Of a stretch of DNA of 35,882 bases, positions 1-9,724 are shown piece after piece. A program made the position numbers and the translations under genes. The DNA is taken from positions 1 to 35,882 of the forward strand of contig JAEOTA010000068.1 in assembly GCA_016840085.1 (NCBI GenBank), read 5' to 3'. The notes beneath the pieces were generated by a model. The model was not told the origin of the DNA. It ran no database searches and was given only the letters and a program-made list of their open reading frames with translations. Each line of letters starts with the position of its first letter. Positions within the stretch are counted from its first letter, which is position 1. Origin of the DNA: Promethearchaeota archaeon (GTDB lineage: Archaea > Asgardarchaeota > Lokiarchaeia > Sigyniarchaeales > SOKP01).

Positions 1-2768
1 AGACTATATCGGGCATACTTGATCGTCCATTCGGACTCTCCTTCAATATGAGAATCTCGATTTCGTTGCTGCCATGTGATATACAGGTCAGTCTCGCTTA
101 TCGCAAGTGAGGGTGCTAATTGATAGATATTATCATCACCAGGATCATAAATCCTTGTTGGTGTTGAAAATTCTCCATCTGGTCGGAGTGCATGAGTCAT
201 ATAAATTTTCCATTGATCATCCACACTATATCGTCCTGCAAATACAATTATAATATATCTGTCATTTGAAACCACCTTTGGTACTACAAATCTTTGCCGA
301 ATATTCTCTAATGAACTGTCTGAATCCCCTACACTCGCAAATTCATCATAAATCACGCTTTGGAAGATATCAGATACGTTTACTGGAGGGTTTAAAGCAA
401 ATAAATCAAATACTGCCATCTCATCGCTCCATGTCGGACCAAGATTTAAGGCATCGTTCCTCTCAAATTCTATTCCTTGGCTATCAGAGAATAAGCCAGA
501 ATATGAAGCCCACGATTCGTCTATCCTAAAGTCTTCATCAAAATAATTATTTGTACTAAGTCCAGGATAATTTGCATAAGCTAAAATATCATTACCTAAA
601 TTAACAGGATGATTGATATCCCAATATAATGGTTCGCTTGTGCCCATAAGAGGGGACGCGAATTGATTGAACCCATCTTTGAAATCAAACCACCGAGCAT
701 ACGTTGGGGCGTAAAACGCTTCTAAGGTAGCCCAATCAAACCTAATGGAGATATCATTTGTATATTCGGGATCAAACTCAAATTCCGCTTGAATTCGAAT
801 CTGAAACATTTGCCCTATTTCAGTAAAAAAGTCGGTTACATCGTGATAGATTGTCTGGTAATTTGAGCCTTTGGTATTATAAAATCCCTCATAATCTACT
901 TGTTCAAACACGAGTTTATCATCTCTAAAAATCTGAGAGGTGAGCGTTACATAAATATCATCGCTGTCAGGGGTTCCATAATTAAAGAGCTCATACCGAT
1001 AGGAAAAGGACGCAATATCAGCTACCGTGCCAATATATCCCAAAATGGGGCTTTCAATATAAGTGGTTAAATCATCACTCACATCCAAATAGATGATGTC
1101 AGGGGGTCCATTTTGGTAATTATAGGTAGGATCTTTAGTCCATTGGAGCTCATTGACATTAAATTCGGTATGATAATATAAATGAGTGGTTATTTTAAAC
1201 TCATTTTGATTATAATCCTCCCAACTTGTCCCGTTATAGGTATATTCATCTCTATCTGGATATGTAGTAGTATGAAAGAATTTATTTTGAGCCACTTCGC
1301 AATCTTCCCAGTGAATTGTATCCTTTAAAAAGAGGCTTTGACTTCCGTTATAGAAAATCTTCCCTCTCATATATTCTTTGAAATGAGTGCGTGTGGTGTT
1401 CATAAAGGAGATGATCCCATTTGTACCGGTGATATAATCGGTTAATTTTTTGTATTTAATCGTATTATAATCTCTTTGAGTCAAATATAAGGAGAAACTC
1501 CCCTCTACCGGTCTTCCTAATGAATCCGAAGCAACTGTCTGAAAGTAATTATCCCAGCCCAAAATCTCACTATTATAAAGGGAATAGATGCTCCCTCGCC
1601 TCGACGTGCGTAAGGCATCTTCAGTATAATAGGGAGTAAAGTATACTCTATCTTTTTCTATAGTAACATTATAGGAAAGTGTCCGTGATCTTCTGGTGAA
1701 AATACCCCATTCCCGTGCCGAAGAATATACTTCAAGCCGATATTCTCCAGGAAGCACAGGAGTCTCTTTTTTATCTAAATTAATTTTAAAAAATATATCT
1801 TTAGCTTTAAAAGGCCCTTTATATTGGATAGTACTGAATTCATGAGTCTTTTGTAACCTCTTCGATTCCTCATGTAGCGTGCCGTTAACTAACACATCTA
1901 CAGGCACGAGTCGCGCATTTATTCTTACAATTTTCGTTCCTTTTGCTTTCAAATTAAATTTCATAACAAACATAGAGTTAAACGTAATTTCATCAAGATC
2001 TTCAATATCCTCGACATAGTCTAATTCATTAAAATTATATTCAATGCCGTACTTTCGCGAATCTTGGGGAACAAGCCCAAACATAGGGTCTGGAATCTCT
2101 TCAGTTAACATTGAAGGTAGAACCCAACCTAAAATCGTTGAGAAAAGGATACAGGGAAATAATAATGCCAATGCCTTAATTTTTAGAGGTTTGTCATGCT
2201 TGATAGTGATTTTATTTTTGAAATTTTGAAATCTTAGCCGCAGATTTTTATGATAGTTTTTTGTGGAAATAGTAGGCAATTTACACTCTTCAGAAAAGGA
2301 TTTGGTATTCTGCTTCGGGGAATTTGGTACGAAAATAACTAATAAGAGAAACATGACACCAAACGTGGCTAAACCTATCCATATCAAATTCAGCACAAAA
2401 ATTTGGATCGCTAAGACAAGACTAAAGACCACGAAGATGATAGAGAAAATAAAAGTATAGAGAGTAACTCGTGGTTTCTGAAAAAGTCTTCTTATTTGAT
2501 ATCTACAACGTAAGGTATCAATGTCATGCTGGGTGACACCTTCCCTTTTTTCTGTAAAAAGATATACGAAAAAGAGAATAATACCTACCATTGTTGCGTA
2601 TAATGTGATCGCGATACCAATTGGAAGTCCTATGAAGAAGCTAAAATTAGCTAACGGCACAAAAATACATAACACGGAAGCCAAAATAAGAATCTTAATA
2701 AGTCTAGGCACATCTTCACAATTCCGCTTCCGATCCTGACACCAACCTGATATTTTTTCCCATATCAT
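1..2768 (-). CDS. Large membrane-anchored surface protein, >=922 aa, runs off the left edge (absent from the ORF track)
   Basis: The ATG at 2768 overlaps the upstream stop (ATGA). I translated MIWEKISGWCQDRKRNCEDVPRLIKILILASVLCIFVPL... It has about 5 hydrophobic segments in the first ~220 aa, then a long Tyr/Asp/Asn/Thr-rich region. No stop was found in the parts read; its absence from the track fits an ORF with no stop inside the window. Confidence 0.85.
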   Translation of the reverse strand, partial: MIWEKISGWCQDRKRNCEDVPRLIKILILASVLCIFVPLANFSFFIGLPIGIAITLYATMVGIILFFVYLFTEKREGVTQHDIDTLRCRYQIRRLFQKPRVTLYTFIFSIIFVVFSLVLAIQIFVLNLIWIGLATFGVMFLLLVIFVPNSPKQNTKSFSEECKLPTISTKNYHKNLRLRFQNFKNKITIKHDKPLKIKALALLFPCILFSTILGWVLPSMLTEEIPDPMFGLVPQDSRKYGIEYNFNELDYVEDIEDLDEITFNSMFVMKFNLKAKGTKIVRINARLVPVDVLVNGTLHEESKRLQKTHEFSTIQYKGPFKAKDIFFKINLDKKETPVLPGEYRLEVYSSAREWGIFTRRSRTLSYNVTIEKDRVYFTPYYTEDALRTSRRGSIYSLYNSEILGWDNYFQTVASDSLGRPVEGSFSLYLTQRDYNTIKYKKLTDYITGTNGIISFMNTTRTHFKEYMRGKIFYNGSQSLFLKDTIHWEDCEVAQNKFFHTTTYPDRDEYTYNGTSWEDYNQNEFKITTHLYYHTEFNVNELQWTKDPTYNYQNGPPDIIYLDVSDDLTTYIESPILGYIGTVADIASFSYRYELFNYGTPDSDDIYVTLTSQIFRDDKLVFEQVDYEGFYNTKGSNYQTIYHDVTDFFTEIGQMFQIRIQAEFEFDPEYTNDISIRFDWATLEAFYAPTYARWFDFKDGFNQFASPLMGTSEPLYWDINHPVNLGNDILAYANYPGLSTNNYFDEDFRIDESWASYSGLFSDSQGIEFERNDALNLGPTWSDEMAVFDLFALNPPVNVSDIFQSVIYDEFASVGDSDSSLENIRQRFVVPKVVSNDRYIIIVFAGRYSVDDQWKIYMTHALRPDGEFSTPTRIYDPGDDNIYQLAPSLAISETDLYITWQQRNRDSHIEGESEWTIKYARYS

Positions 2769-3055
2769 TTTACCTTACCTCTTTCATACAAAATTACTTT
2801 TTTTATTTCGTGGAGATAATATTGAGTTAAAGAGCGTTTTTCAGGATGAAAGATCATCCTCTTCTTAAGTGAATTAATTTGAAGTAAAGCGGTACTATAT
2901 CTTTTTTTATCCATCCCAGAAGATATCTGCTTAAAAAGAGAAATAAGCTTTTCCACATCATGCTCCTGCTTTATTTCAACATCGATATCCTCTTCAGACT
3001 TCCATGATGTGATATAATTTATTACAGTCTTCTTATCTATAGCCATAATTCTCAA
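2765..3055 (-). CDS. Small hypothetical protein; likely true start is ATG 3046 (MAIDKK)
   Basis: 96-aa ORF whose stop overlaps the start of the downstream large gene, suggesting translational coupling. Confidence 0.65.
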   Translation of the reverse strand: MRIMAIDKKTVINYITSWKSEEDIDVEIKQEHDVEKLISLFKQISSGMDKKRYSTALLQINSLKKRMIFHPEKRSLTQYYLHEIKKVILYERGKVK

Positions 3056-3208
3056 CCATACTTATAACTGATTTTTTTAAAAAATAAATTAAATTTAGAA
3101 CTTTTAGACAAAAAAAAATCATATAACTTAGTAGTGAACTCTTGAAATTTGGGGCTCTAAGCCTGCCTACCTTCCAAATGCAAGATGTTAAAAGTAACAC
3201 CCTTTTGA

Positions 3209-3293
3209 TAAAGTCTTTACTTTTTTTCGATATAATATATACTTCAGCACAGTATTTAAATATTTCTGCATTTTATCGAGGAAAAAGACTTTA
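3209..3293. promoter_or_regulatory. Imperfect inverted repeat flanking a TATA-like box in a divergent promoter region
   Basis: taaagtcttt...tcgata (3209-3232) pairs with tatcga...aaagacttta (3274-3293), with tatttaaata between them. Confidence 0.4.
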
Positions 3294-3501
3294 GGTAACT
3301 ATTAGGTCTTGGATATTACTATATAAAAACATTCTATTACATACAATGATGGATTTGTGGTCAAATTCTATCTAAAGCGACAAATTTTTGGTAAAGTCTC
3401 TTCGAAGAGAAAATATTTTGTACATAATTGACAGTGTGATTTTTTCTTTAAATATAACTAGTAATAATGGCAAGTAAAGACGTTCTAAGGTGATTTTTTA
3501 G

Positions 3502-3954
3502 ATGATCTTTCAAAAAATAAAAGTAAAATTAAATAAGTTACTCATGTTTAAGTATCTTCAGTGTAGCTTTCTCAAATATGAGATATTCGAGTATATCATA
3601 TTAGTAAATGAGTGTACCATCAATGAAATAGCGGAAAGATTTGATATAAACCAAAAGACCTACTATAAAAAAGCGAAATGGTGGGACAAAATGCGACTTA
3701 TTGATAGAGATAGGAGTAAAGAAAAGCAGAGAAATGGATCACATTTTATTATTATCGCTAGACCGGAATTGAAGGTGGTGCTTGATAAATTCAGAAAAAA
3801 AGTCTCTAATTTCCTTGCCCATTCAACCGAACTTAGCATACTTTTTGATAACAAACCCTCCGCACTTATTGAAGAAAATGAAGATTTTGGGAGCAAAAAA
3901 TCAGAGCTGAAAAAAATTCTCTCTGAAGAGAATTTACTTATTAGCGAAGAGTAA
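3502..3954 (+). CDS. Winged helix-turn-helix DNA-binding protein
   Basis: YEIFEYIILVNECTINEIAERFDINQKTYYKKAKWWDKMRLIDR fits a wHTH pattern. Confidence 0.65.
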   Translation: MIFQKIKVKLNKLLMFKYLQCSFLKYEIFEYIILVNECTINEIAERFDINQKTYYKKAKWWDKMRLIDRDRSKEKQRNGSHFIIIARPELKVVLDKFRKKVSNFLAHSTELSILFDNKPSALIEENEDFGSKKSELKKILSEENLLISEE

Positions 3955-3998
3955 TAAATTTTAAATAGTGGTCTAATAAAAAAATATATAGGGTCTAG

Positions 3999-6044
3999 AT
4001 GAGTAAGGCTTTATTTAATTTGGCGCAAAAATACAAGAATGAGTATAGTGAATTAATTCTTTCAGGATCATCTTTGGCCGACAAAAAGGAATTCTTAAAC
4101 TACTTATATGAAAAGGCTCATATCTTAGAAGGTTCTAAAAATGAACAACGCAAAACTGAATTTAGACAAAATCGAGAGAAATTAAATACTCTTATTACTA
4201 CTCGTAGAAAATTTATTCGTCTACTTGACAAATCAGAGCAAATATATAGTAAAATACCTTTTGTTAGGACAACTCAAAGCACTCTCAATAGATTAGAACA
4301 TAAGAAAAAATTCCTTAAAACCTATTTAGAAGAATTTGACGAGAAAAAGGAATTAGAAAAACTCGATTCCTATACAAGTTTAACAAGGCAAGAACGAATC
4401 GGCAGAATTAAGAGTCAAAAAGAGGCAGTAAAAAAAGAATATTCCCAGATAAAGGCAGAGATAGCGCAGTATATCGATCCTGCGGTAATACAAAATGAAA
4501 AACTACGACACGAATTTATTGCTTCCCAATGGAGTTCATATGAACCTTTCTTCTCTGAGAATCCTGAGTTTGAAGATATGATACGTTCCATTCTTTATGA
4601 ATATTTTACCAATGAGCTTCAATATACCAAAGAAGAGGTAAAGCAAATGTCTCACGATCTCAAGAATAATCTAATTACTTTCCTTTTTATTCGAAAACAA
4701 ATTAATAAGAAATTGAAAAATAAAGAAAAAGAAATCCAGAAAAATCTAAATCAGAGCAAAAAAATGAACTCACAAAGAATCTCGTTTTATAATATTTTTG
4801 CCTATATCTTAACTCAGTCAGATTTTAAGGTAAAAGAGGATAAATCTGCCCTTATTTTGTCATTTAACTTACAGAAGTTATATAAGAATTTCTTTGACAC
4901 ACTTTCTCACTATTCAAAACGAAGATTTCCTCTTCACGGTAAGCTTCAAATAGATAGTAATCATTTTCTCCTAACTGATTTTTCAAGAACTCTGTTAAAA
5001 CAAGTTAACACGGAATTAAAGCGGTTTAATGATAATATTCTCATCTACGAGCACAGGGGGGACAGGATGGGTGTAAAATTAAACCTCCAGCAGATATTAG
5101 AACCGCTTATGGAAGACTTTTCTCATCAACTCCCATCAAGACTTCTTAAAAGAACAATACAAGGGAAAGCTAAAAAGCGTAATATTGGGGAGCGATATCA
5201 TTTAAAAATAGCTGTTCCTGTAGTAATATTTCTAATACTAAGCATTGCATTTTTTGCAATATTTTCTGTTCCAGATGAAGACAAATATTTTGTTCAGAAA
5301 TATGATTCTGTGCAAATAGACTATACTGCATGGGTATCAAATCGATCAAAAGACTATGATGTATTAAATCCTATCGTCGATATAGTATTATGGATCGAAA
5401 TGATCCCTATTATCGAGAATGATACCACCGGACTCATGCTAGGATTATATAATAACTTGCTTGGAAGAGAACTCTATTACGAAAGTGAGTTAATATGGCT
5501 AGACAGGTGTATTGATGAAAATAGAGATGGGATTGATGATCTCACTAATGAAACTGCATTGACGTATGGAAACAGCACCGACCAATATTTTAACACACCG
5601 TTAATGATTAAATTCACGATTCTGGATATTGAAAAGGCGCCTAAGATAGATGAATTTCCTTTTAATAGAGAAGATATGTTCGGATTTATATTAAATATTT
5701 TTCAAATGGTATGGACTATCACTCTCCCTATACTGCTTATACTTATACCAATCGTTATCACCCTAATAATAGATTTTATTTCTCGACATCCAATAGATAT
5801 TCGAAAAATAAATATCCGAAAGACTTTTCTTTTATTTTTAAAATATGGGATATTAATAGGCATTTTAGTATCTATTCCTTATATTGTGTTTGGAATTATT
5901 AGGTTGAGATACTCGCCATCGCTTCTTAAAATTATGTGGATGAAATATCCAGGAGAAATTATTTTTATCATCACCGCAATTAGCATTCCATTGAGTATAG
6001 CAACTGCAATTATGTATTTCTTGCTCTATAAAAAAATAAGGTAA
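3999..6044 (+). CDS. Membrane protein: coiled-coil N-terminus, TM helix, FKBP-like domain, three C-terminal TM helices
   Basis: Charged helical N-terminal half, then TM IAVPVVIFLILSIAFFAIF. VQKYDSVQIDYT...GLMLGLYNNLLG...PLMIKFTILDI resembles the FKBP fold and carries a DENRDG insert. Confidence 0.7.
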   Translation: MSKALFNLAQKYKNEYSELILSGSSLADKKEFLNYLYEKAHILEGSKNEQRKTEFRQNREKLNTLITTRRKFIRLLDKSEQIYSKIPFVRTTQSTLNRLEHKKKFLKTYLEEFDEKKELEKLDSYTSLTRQERIGRIKSQKEAVKKEYSQIKAEIAQYIDPAVIQNEKLRHEFIASQWSSYEPFFSENPEFEDMIRSILYEYFTNELQYTKEEVKQMSHDLKNNLITFLFIRKQINKKLKNKEKEIQKNLNQSKKMNSQRISFYNIFAYILTQSDFKVKEDKSALILSFNLQKLYKNFFDTLSHYSKRRFPLHGKLQIDSNHFLLTDFSRTLLKQVNTELKRFNDNILIYEHRGDRMGVKLNLQQILEPLMEDFSHQLPSRLLKRTIQGKAKKRNIGERYHLKIAVPVVIFLILSIAFFAIFSVPDEDKYFVQKYDSVQIDYTAWVSNRSKDYDVLNPIVDIVLWIEMIPIIENDTTGLMLGLYNNLLGRELYYESELIWLDRCIDENRDGIDDLTNETALTYGNSTDQYFNTPLMIKFTILDIEKAPKIDEFPFNREDMFGFILNIFQMVWTITLPILLILIPIVITLIIDFISRHPIDIRKINIRKTFLLFLKYGILIGILVSIPYIVFGIIRLRYSPSLLKIMWMKYPGEIIFIITAISIPLSIATAIMYFLLYKKIR

Positions 6045-6054
6045 AAAAAAAAAG
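6045..6054 (-). terminator. Oligo-T terminator candidate for the transglutaminase-like gene
   Basis: A-run on the + strand (T-run on -) just past the stop at 6059, between convergent genes. Confidence 0.4.
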
Positions 6055-6058
6055 AATA

Positions 6059-7105
6059 TTATATTATTGCTCCAGTCACATCACAGAACGCTATAGTAAA
6101 TATATCTGAACTCAATGAGGAATAGTCTTGTAACCATGAAGGTTCAGTGCCAAAAGATATATCCCAAGTAGGATCGAGGACACACCACGTAAAATCGGGG
6201 TAATAAGGATCAGACGTGCCAAATTGCCATAATCTGCATGTTGGGTAGCTTAAAGAGAACGCACTTATATCTTCAATATGGATAAGGCATACTCCGTGAT
6301 AAAATGCTCCTAAAGTCGGATGGCTTGGGTCATGAAATAATGCTAGTGCAGTATCAAACCCGCATGATTCCAAGTATGCCGCATCTAAAATTGCCTGATC
6401 TTCACAATCCCCCATTGCCCGAAATGCAGTCTCCACAGAGAATTTTGCATAATCCAACTCAAAATATTCTTGTCCTACTGTAATATTTTCATCAAATTCA
6501 TAGTCAATCTCATCTACACACCATTGATGTATTGTATCTATATCAGTGAGTTCGTTTCCAGTTAAGTCTTTTCCTAGCCAATTCAATAACCAATCATCAA
6601 ATGTATAATTCATGATATATTGGCATAAAAGCATTGTGTCATCGCCATATTTTAACGCGTCTGAGAATGCATTAGAGACATTCGTAAAATAATTATGGTG
6701 CCCACTCTCATGAAGAATAATATCACGATAAAACCACGTAACCTCTTCCCAGTATGCTTTACTCATAGCTGAAGCAACATAGATAGGCATATAGTATCGT
6801 CGTACTGCTTCAGCAAATAATCCATACTGCACAGGTAAAATCTGCTTTTTAATGTAGGAACATACTGAGGAATATTGACTAAGGAGTGTTTGGTAATCGT
6901 CGAACGTGGAATTATACTCTCCGGTTAAGATTTGGTAATCCTGCAATAATTGGTCATATTCTTCTGATAAGTTGCTATACTTTTTTTGTAGTTGAGGAAC
7001 TATGGTGAAATAAGTTATGCTGAAAGTACCAATATTCGTACCAATTAAAGCTATTAATATATATACCAGCACTTTTCTTGAAATCTTATTTTCAGTTTCA
7101 TTCAT
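6059..7105 (-). CDS. Membrane-anchored transglutaminase-like cysteine protease-fold protein
   Basis: N-terminal TM, short coiled coil, and a Cys-His-Asp triad in GDCEDQAIL...YHGVCLI...WCVLDPT. Confidence 0.8.
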   Translation of the reverse strand: MNETENKISRKVLVYILIALIGTNIGTFSITYFTIVPQLQKKYSNLSEEYDQLLQDYQILTGEYNSTFDDYQTLLSQYSSVCSYIKKQILPVQYGLFAEAVRRYYMPIYVASAMSKAYWEEVTWFYRDIILHESGHHNYFTNVSNAFSDALKYGDDTMLLCQYIMNYTFDDWLLNWLGKDLTGNELTDIDTIHQWCVDEIDYEFDENITVGQEYFELDYAKFSVETAFRAMGDCEDQAILDAAYLESCGFDTALALFHDPSHPTLGAFYHGVCLIHIEDISAFSLSYPTCRLWQFGTSDPYYPDFTWCVLDPTWDISFGTEPSWLQDYSSLSSDIFTIAFCDVTGAII

Positions 7106-7110
7106 TTATA

Positions 7111-7275
7111 TCACAATTTTATCGTCTTTCCTTCGTTTTTAGAAGGTTTTTCCCAAGAGCCGTCAGATTTTCTCTTAATACACCGTAGAAACATATAAGG
7201 TTCGGTTTTTGAGCTGGTTTGAATGAACAGTCCGGTATTTTTTCCAAAAAAGGGTTGGTTATGTGCATCTACCAT
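7111..7275 (-). CDS. 54-aa ORF with PC4/Whirly-like sequence, possibly a truncated gene (below the ORF-track cutoff)
   Basis: MVDAHNQPFFGKNTGLFIQTSSKTEPYMFLRCIKRKSDGSWEKPSKNEGKTIKL*. AAGGT lies upstream, and the stop is 5 bp before the next ATG. Confidence 0.55.
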   Translation of the reverse strand: MVDAHNQPFFGKNTGLFIQTSSKTEPYMFLRCIKRKSDGSWEKPSKNEGKTIKL

Positions 7276-7455
7276 ACTAATTTACCTTGGTACTACTTAG
7301 TTATTACCTATAATTTACAGGGATTTATAAAGAAAAAGAGAATATAAAATGTATTTAATCCCGGATTGATAACTATTAAGAAAGATGAAGACAAGACTTA
7401 AATATCAAATCTACATTTAAAAATAGTAATCCAATTCTAAAAGAAGTAATAGTTT

Positions 7456-8730
7456 ATGAAAAATAAAAAATACTATTTGTTAGCCTTAATCTCAATTCTA
7501 TTTTTTAATTTCTTGTTGTATAACAATATTATTTTTTTCAGCAACAACATAGATAAACCCAATAGAGATTTTAAAATTAATTTGTCTACGAATATTTCTT
7601 ACGCATTTGAATGGAATCGTACATGGGGTAGAAAATGTTATTATTGCATGGATTTTAGCGATGATGTAGCTGTAGATTCCTCAGATAATATCTATGTGAC
7701 AGGAGACTCACCAAGTTTGTCGGGAGGAGGAACAGATGTGTTCATTTTGAAATATACAAGTTCTGGGATACTAGAATGGAATTCTACTTGGGGAAATATG
7801 ACTTCATCTAATGATTATGGCTATGGAGTGGCAACAGATTCGTCTGATGATGTCTATATTGTAGGAACTACAATTAGAGATTATATTGCTAAAGATATTA
7901 TTCTGTTAAAATATGATACTTCTGGAGTATTTAAATGGAGTCGCACACTAGGAGATATAATTCATGATGAAGGCGTGAGTATAGTTGTAGATTCGTTGGA
8001 CAATATTTATTTTACGGGAATTTGGAATAGAGGTTGGCATAAGCAAAAGCATGATATCATTCTGGCGAAATATGATCAGTCTGGTACGCAGCAATGGAAT
8101 CGCACTTGGGGTGGAAGCGATTTTGATCGTGTTTCTAATGTTGTGGTGGATTCATTAGATAACATATATGTTACGGGAATTATTAGTCAAGTCGGATTTC
8201 TTGTGAAGTATGATGGTGATGGGGTGGTTAAGTGGAATGTTACTAATCCACATAACGGGGGAAAACTAGCAATTGATTCATCAGATAATGTTTATATATC
8301 GGGTGGCGGATATCTTATCAAATATAGTAGTTCTGGTGTGTTACAATGGGAAACAATTATTTCAACTGGATCTGATATAGTATTAGATTCACTAGGCAAC
8401 TTCTATTTCGTAGGAACGTCAGACGACGATATTTTTCTGATGCAATGTAATAGTTCAGGTGTAAAACAATGGACTATCACTCTGGCTTCGGACTATTATG
8501 AAGATGGTAAGGCAATAGCAATAGATTCTTTAGATAATATCTATCTTGCTGGAGATACTTCATTTGAGTATGATACAATTCTAGTAAAATTTAATCCAGT
8601 GGAAGAAGAAGAGGAAGAAGAAGGGAAGGATGGAGGAGGGACAAAAATTATTCGAGGGTATCCATTATTACTATTTCTTAGCACTATCGGTTTACTTACG
8701 GTATTTTCTTTAAAGAAAAAATTTAACTAA
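7456..8730 (+). CDS. Secreted SBBP-repeat beta-propeller surface protein with Loki-CTERM-like sorting tail
   Basis: Signal peptide and about 7 repeats like VAVDSSDNIYVTG...ILKY...G..WN.TWG. The C-terminus is an acidic/Gly linker, IRGY, a TM helix and basic KKK. Confidence 0.85.
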   Translation: MKNKKYYLLALISILFFNFLLYNNIIFFSNNIDKPNRDFKINLSTNISYAFEWNRTWGRKCYYCMDFSDDVAVDSSDNIYVTGDSPSLSGGGTDVFILKYTSSGILEWNSTWGNMTSSNDYGYGVATDSSDDVYIVGTTIRDYIAKDIILLKYDTSGVFKWSRTLGDIIHDEGVSIVVDSLDNIYFTGIWNRGWHKQKHDIILAKYDQSGTQQWNRTWGGSDFDRVSNVVVDSLDNIYVTGIISQVGFLVKYDGDGVVKWNVTNPHNGGKLAIDSSDNVYISGGGYLIKYSSSGVLQWETIISTGSDIVLDSLGNFYFVGTSDDDIFLMQCNSSGVKQWTITLASDYYEDGKAIAIDSLDNIYLAGDTSFEYDTILVKFNPVEEEEEEEGKDGGGTKIIRGYPLLLFLSTIGLLTVFSLKKKFN

Positions 8731-8756
8731 TATTTTATTTTTTTTTAATTTTTTTC
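8731..8756 (+). terminator. Oligo-T terminator candidate
   Basis: Several long T-runs directly after the stop at 8730. Confidence 0.45.
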
Positions 8757-8828
8757 CTTCTAATTTGTTATTCGATTCCAAATTGAAATCTGATATTTAA
8801 AAAGAAAATTAATAATTTTAATTCAAAA

Positions 8829-9386
8829 ATGGAAGATCTACAAGATGCTATAATAAAAAATCTTAAGCCTATTGTATTTAGTTTAAAAAATAAAAAAGGC
8901 AAACATAAATACTTTCAAGAGAGTTTAGTTTATTTTTTTCGAGAACTTGGATTCAATACATGGTATGAATATAAACTCAGTTGTCTATGGAGACCTCGTC
9001 GGAAAGTAGACCCTGAGGAACTTTATAAATTAAGGACTGGAAGAATTGATGTGTATACACAATACAAAAATAATTTTGAAATAGCGATTGAATTTGATCC
9101 AGGAAGACATGTGAAAATGAAGAGCTTAGAAAAATTATATCAATGTAATGCTAAATTATGTATAGCTATAATTTTTGACGAAAAAGAGATTACTGAATCA
9201 ATAAAAAAGGAGAATATCAAAAACAATGTTAGAAGGTTCAAACAAATATTCCATGAATTAAAGAACTATTTTGAAGAAAAGAATGATCTACAAAAAATCC
9301 ATTTATTAGGATCAAAACAGATGTGGTTAGGTATTATTAATTATCACATTTTGGATAAGATTAAAAATCTCAATTCTCCCGATTAG
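8829..9386 (+). CDS. PD-(D/E)xK-superfamily nuclease-like protein
   Basis: LGFNTWYEY...GRIDVY...IAIEFD matches the restriction-like E..D..ExD pattern. Confidence 0.65.
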   Translation: MEDLQDAIIKNLKPIVFSLKNKKGKHKYFQESLVYFFRELGFNTWYEYKLSCLWRPRRKVDPEELYKLRTGRIDVYTQYKNNFEIAIEFDPGRHVKMKSLEKLYQCNAKLCIAIIFDEKEITESIKKENIKNNVRRFKQIFHELKNYFEEKNDLQKIHLLGSKQMWLGIINYHILDKIKNLNSPD

Positions 9387-9408
9387 ATCGAATAATATGT
9401 AAATTCTA

Positions 9409-9597
9409 TTATGACTTTTCTTTTTTGAATAAAAAAAGTCCTGTATATTGACTATCTTCTATTTTTAGTGTCTTTACTACGATATTTATCTCATCTTTAT
9501 GTTCCCAATTTAACATTTTTGCTACTCGTTTGGGAATAGTAACATTTGAAGAAGTTGAGCTTTTATAATCATAAAATTTAGTTGTATCTCCACTCAT
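9409..9597 (-). CDS. AbrB/MazE/SpoVT-family DNA-binding protein
   Basis: SSNVTIPKRVAKMLNWEHKDEINI matches the swapped-hairpin VTIPK motif; AAGGT lies upstream. Confidence 0.8.
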   Translation of the reverse strand: MSGDTTKFYDYKSSTSSNVTIPKRVAKMLNWEHKDEINIVVKTLKIEDSQYTGLFLFKKEKS

Positions 9598-9618
9598 TTT
9601 ATTTTACCTTGAAAAAGT

Positions 9619-9715
9619 TTATAATTATAACTATAGTTAAAACTATAATATTTAAATATTTATATTGATACTATAATAATAAATATAATGATAACTATAT
9701 TTAAGACTATAGTCT
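9619..9715. promoter_or_regulatory. Divergent AbrB/TFB promoter with repeated ACTATA motifs and palindromes
   Basis: ACTATA at 9630, 9642, 9670, 9694 and 9706. Perfect palindromes TAACTATAGTTA (9628-9639), AATATTTAAATATT (9647-9660) and AGACTATAGTCT (9704-9715). Confidence 0.55.
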
Positions 9716-9724
9716 GATAATAAA

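Noticed and set aside
266-2739. Four + strand ORFs (266, 2044, 2263, 2521)
   Set aside because: They are antisense shadows of the long minus-strand gene starting at 2768.
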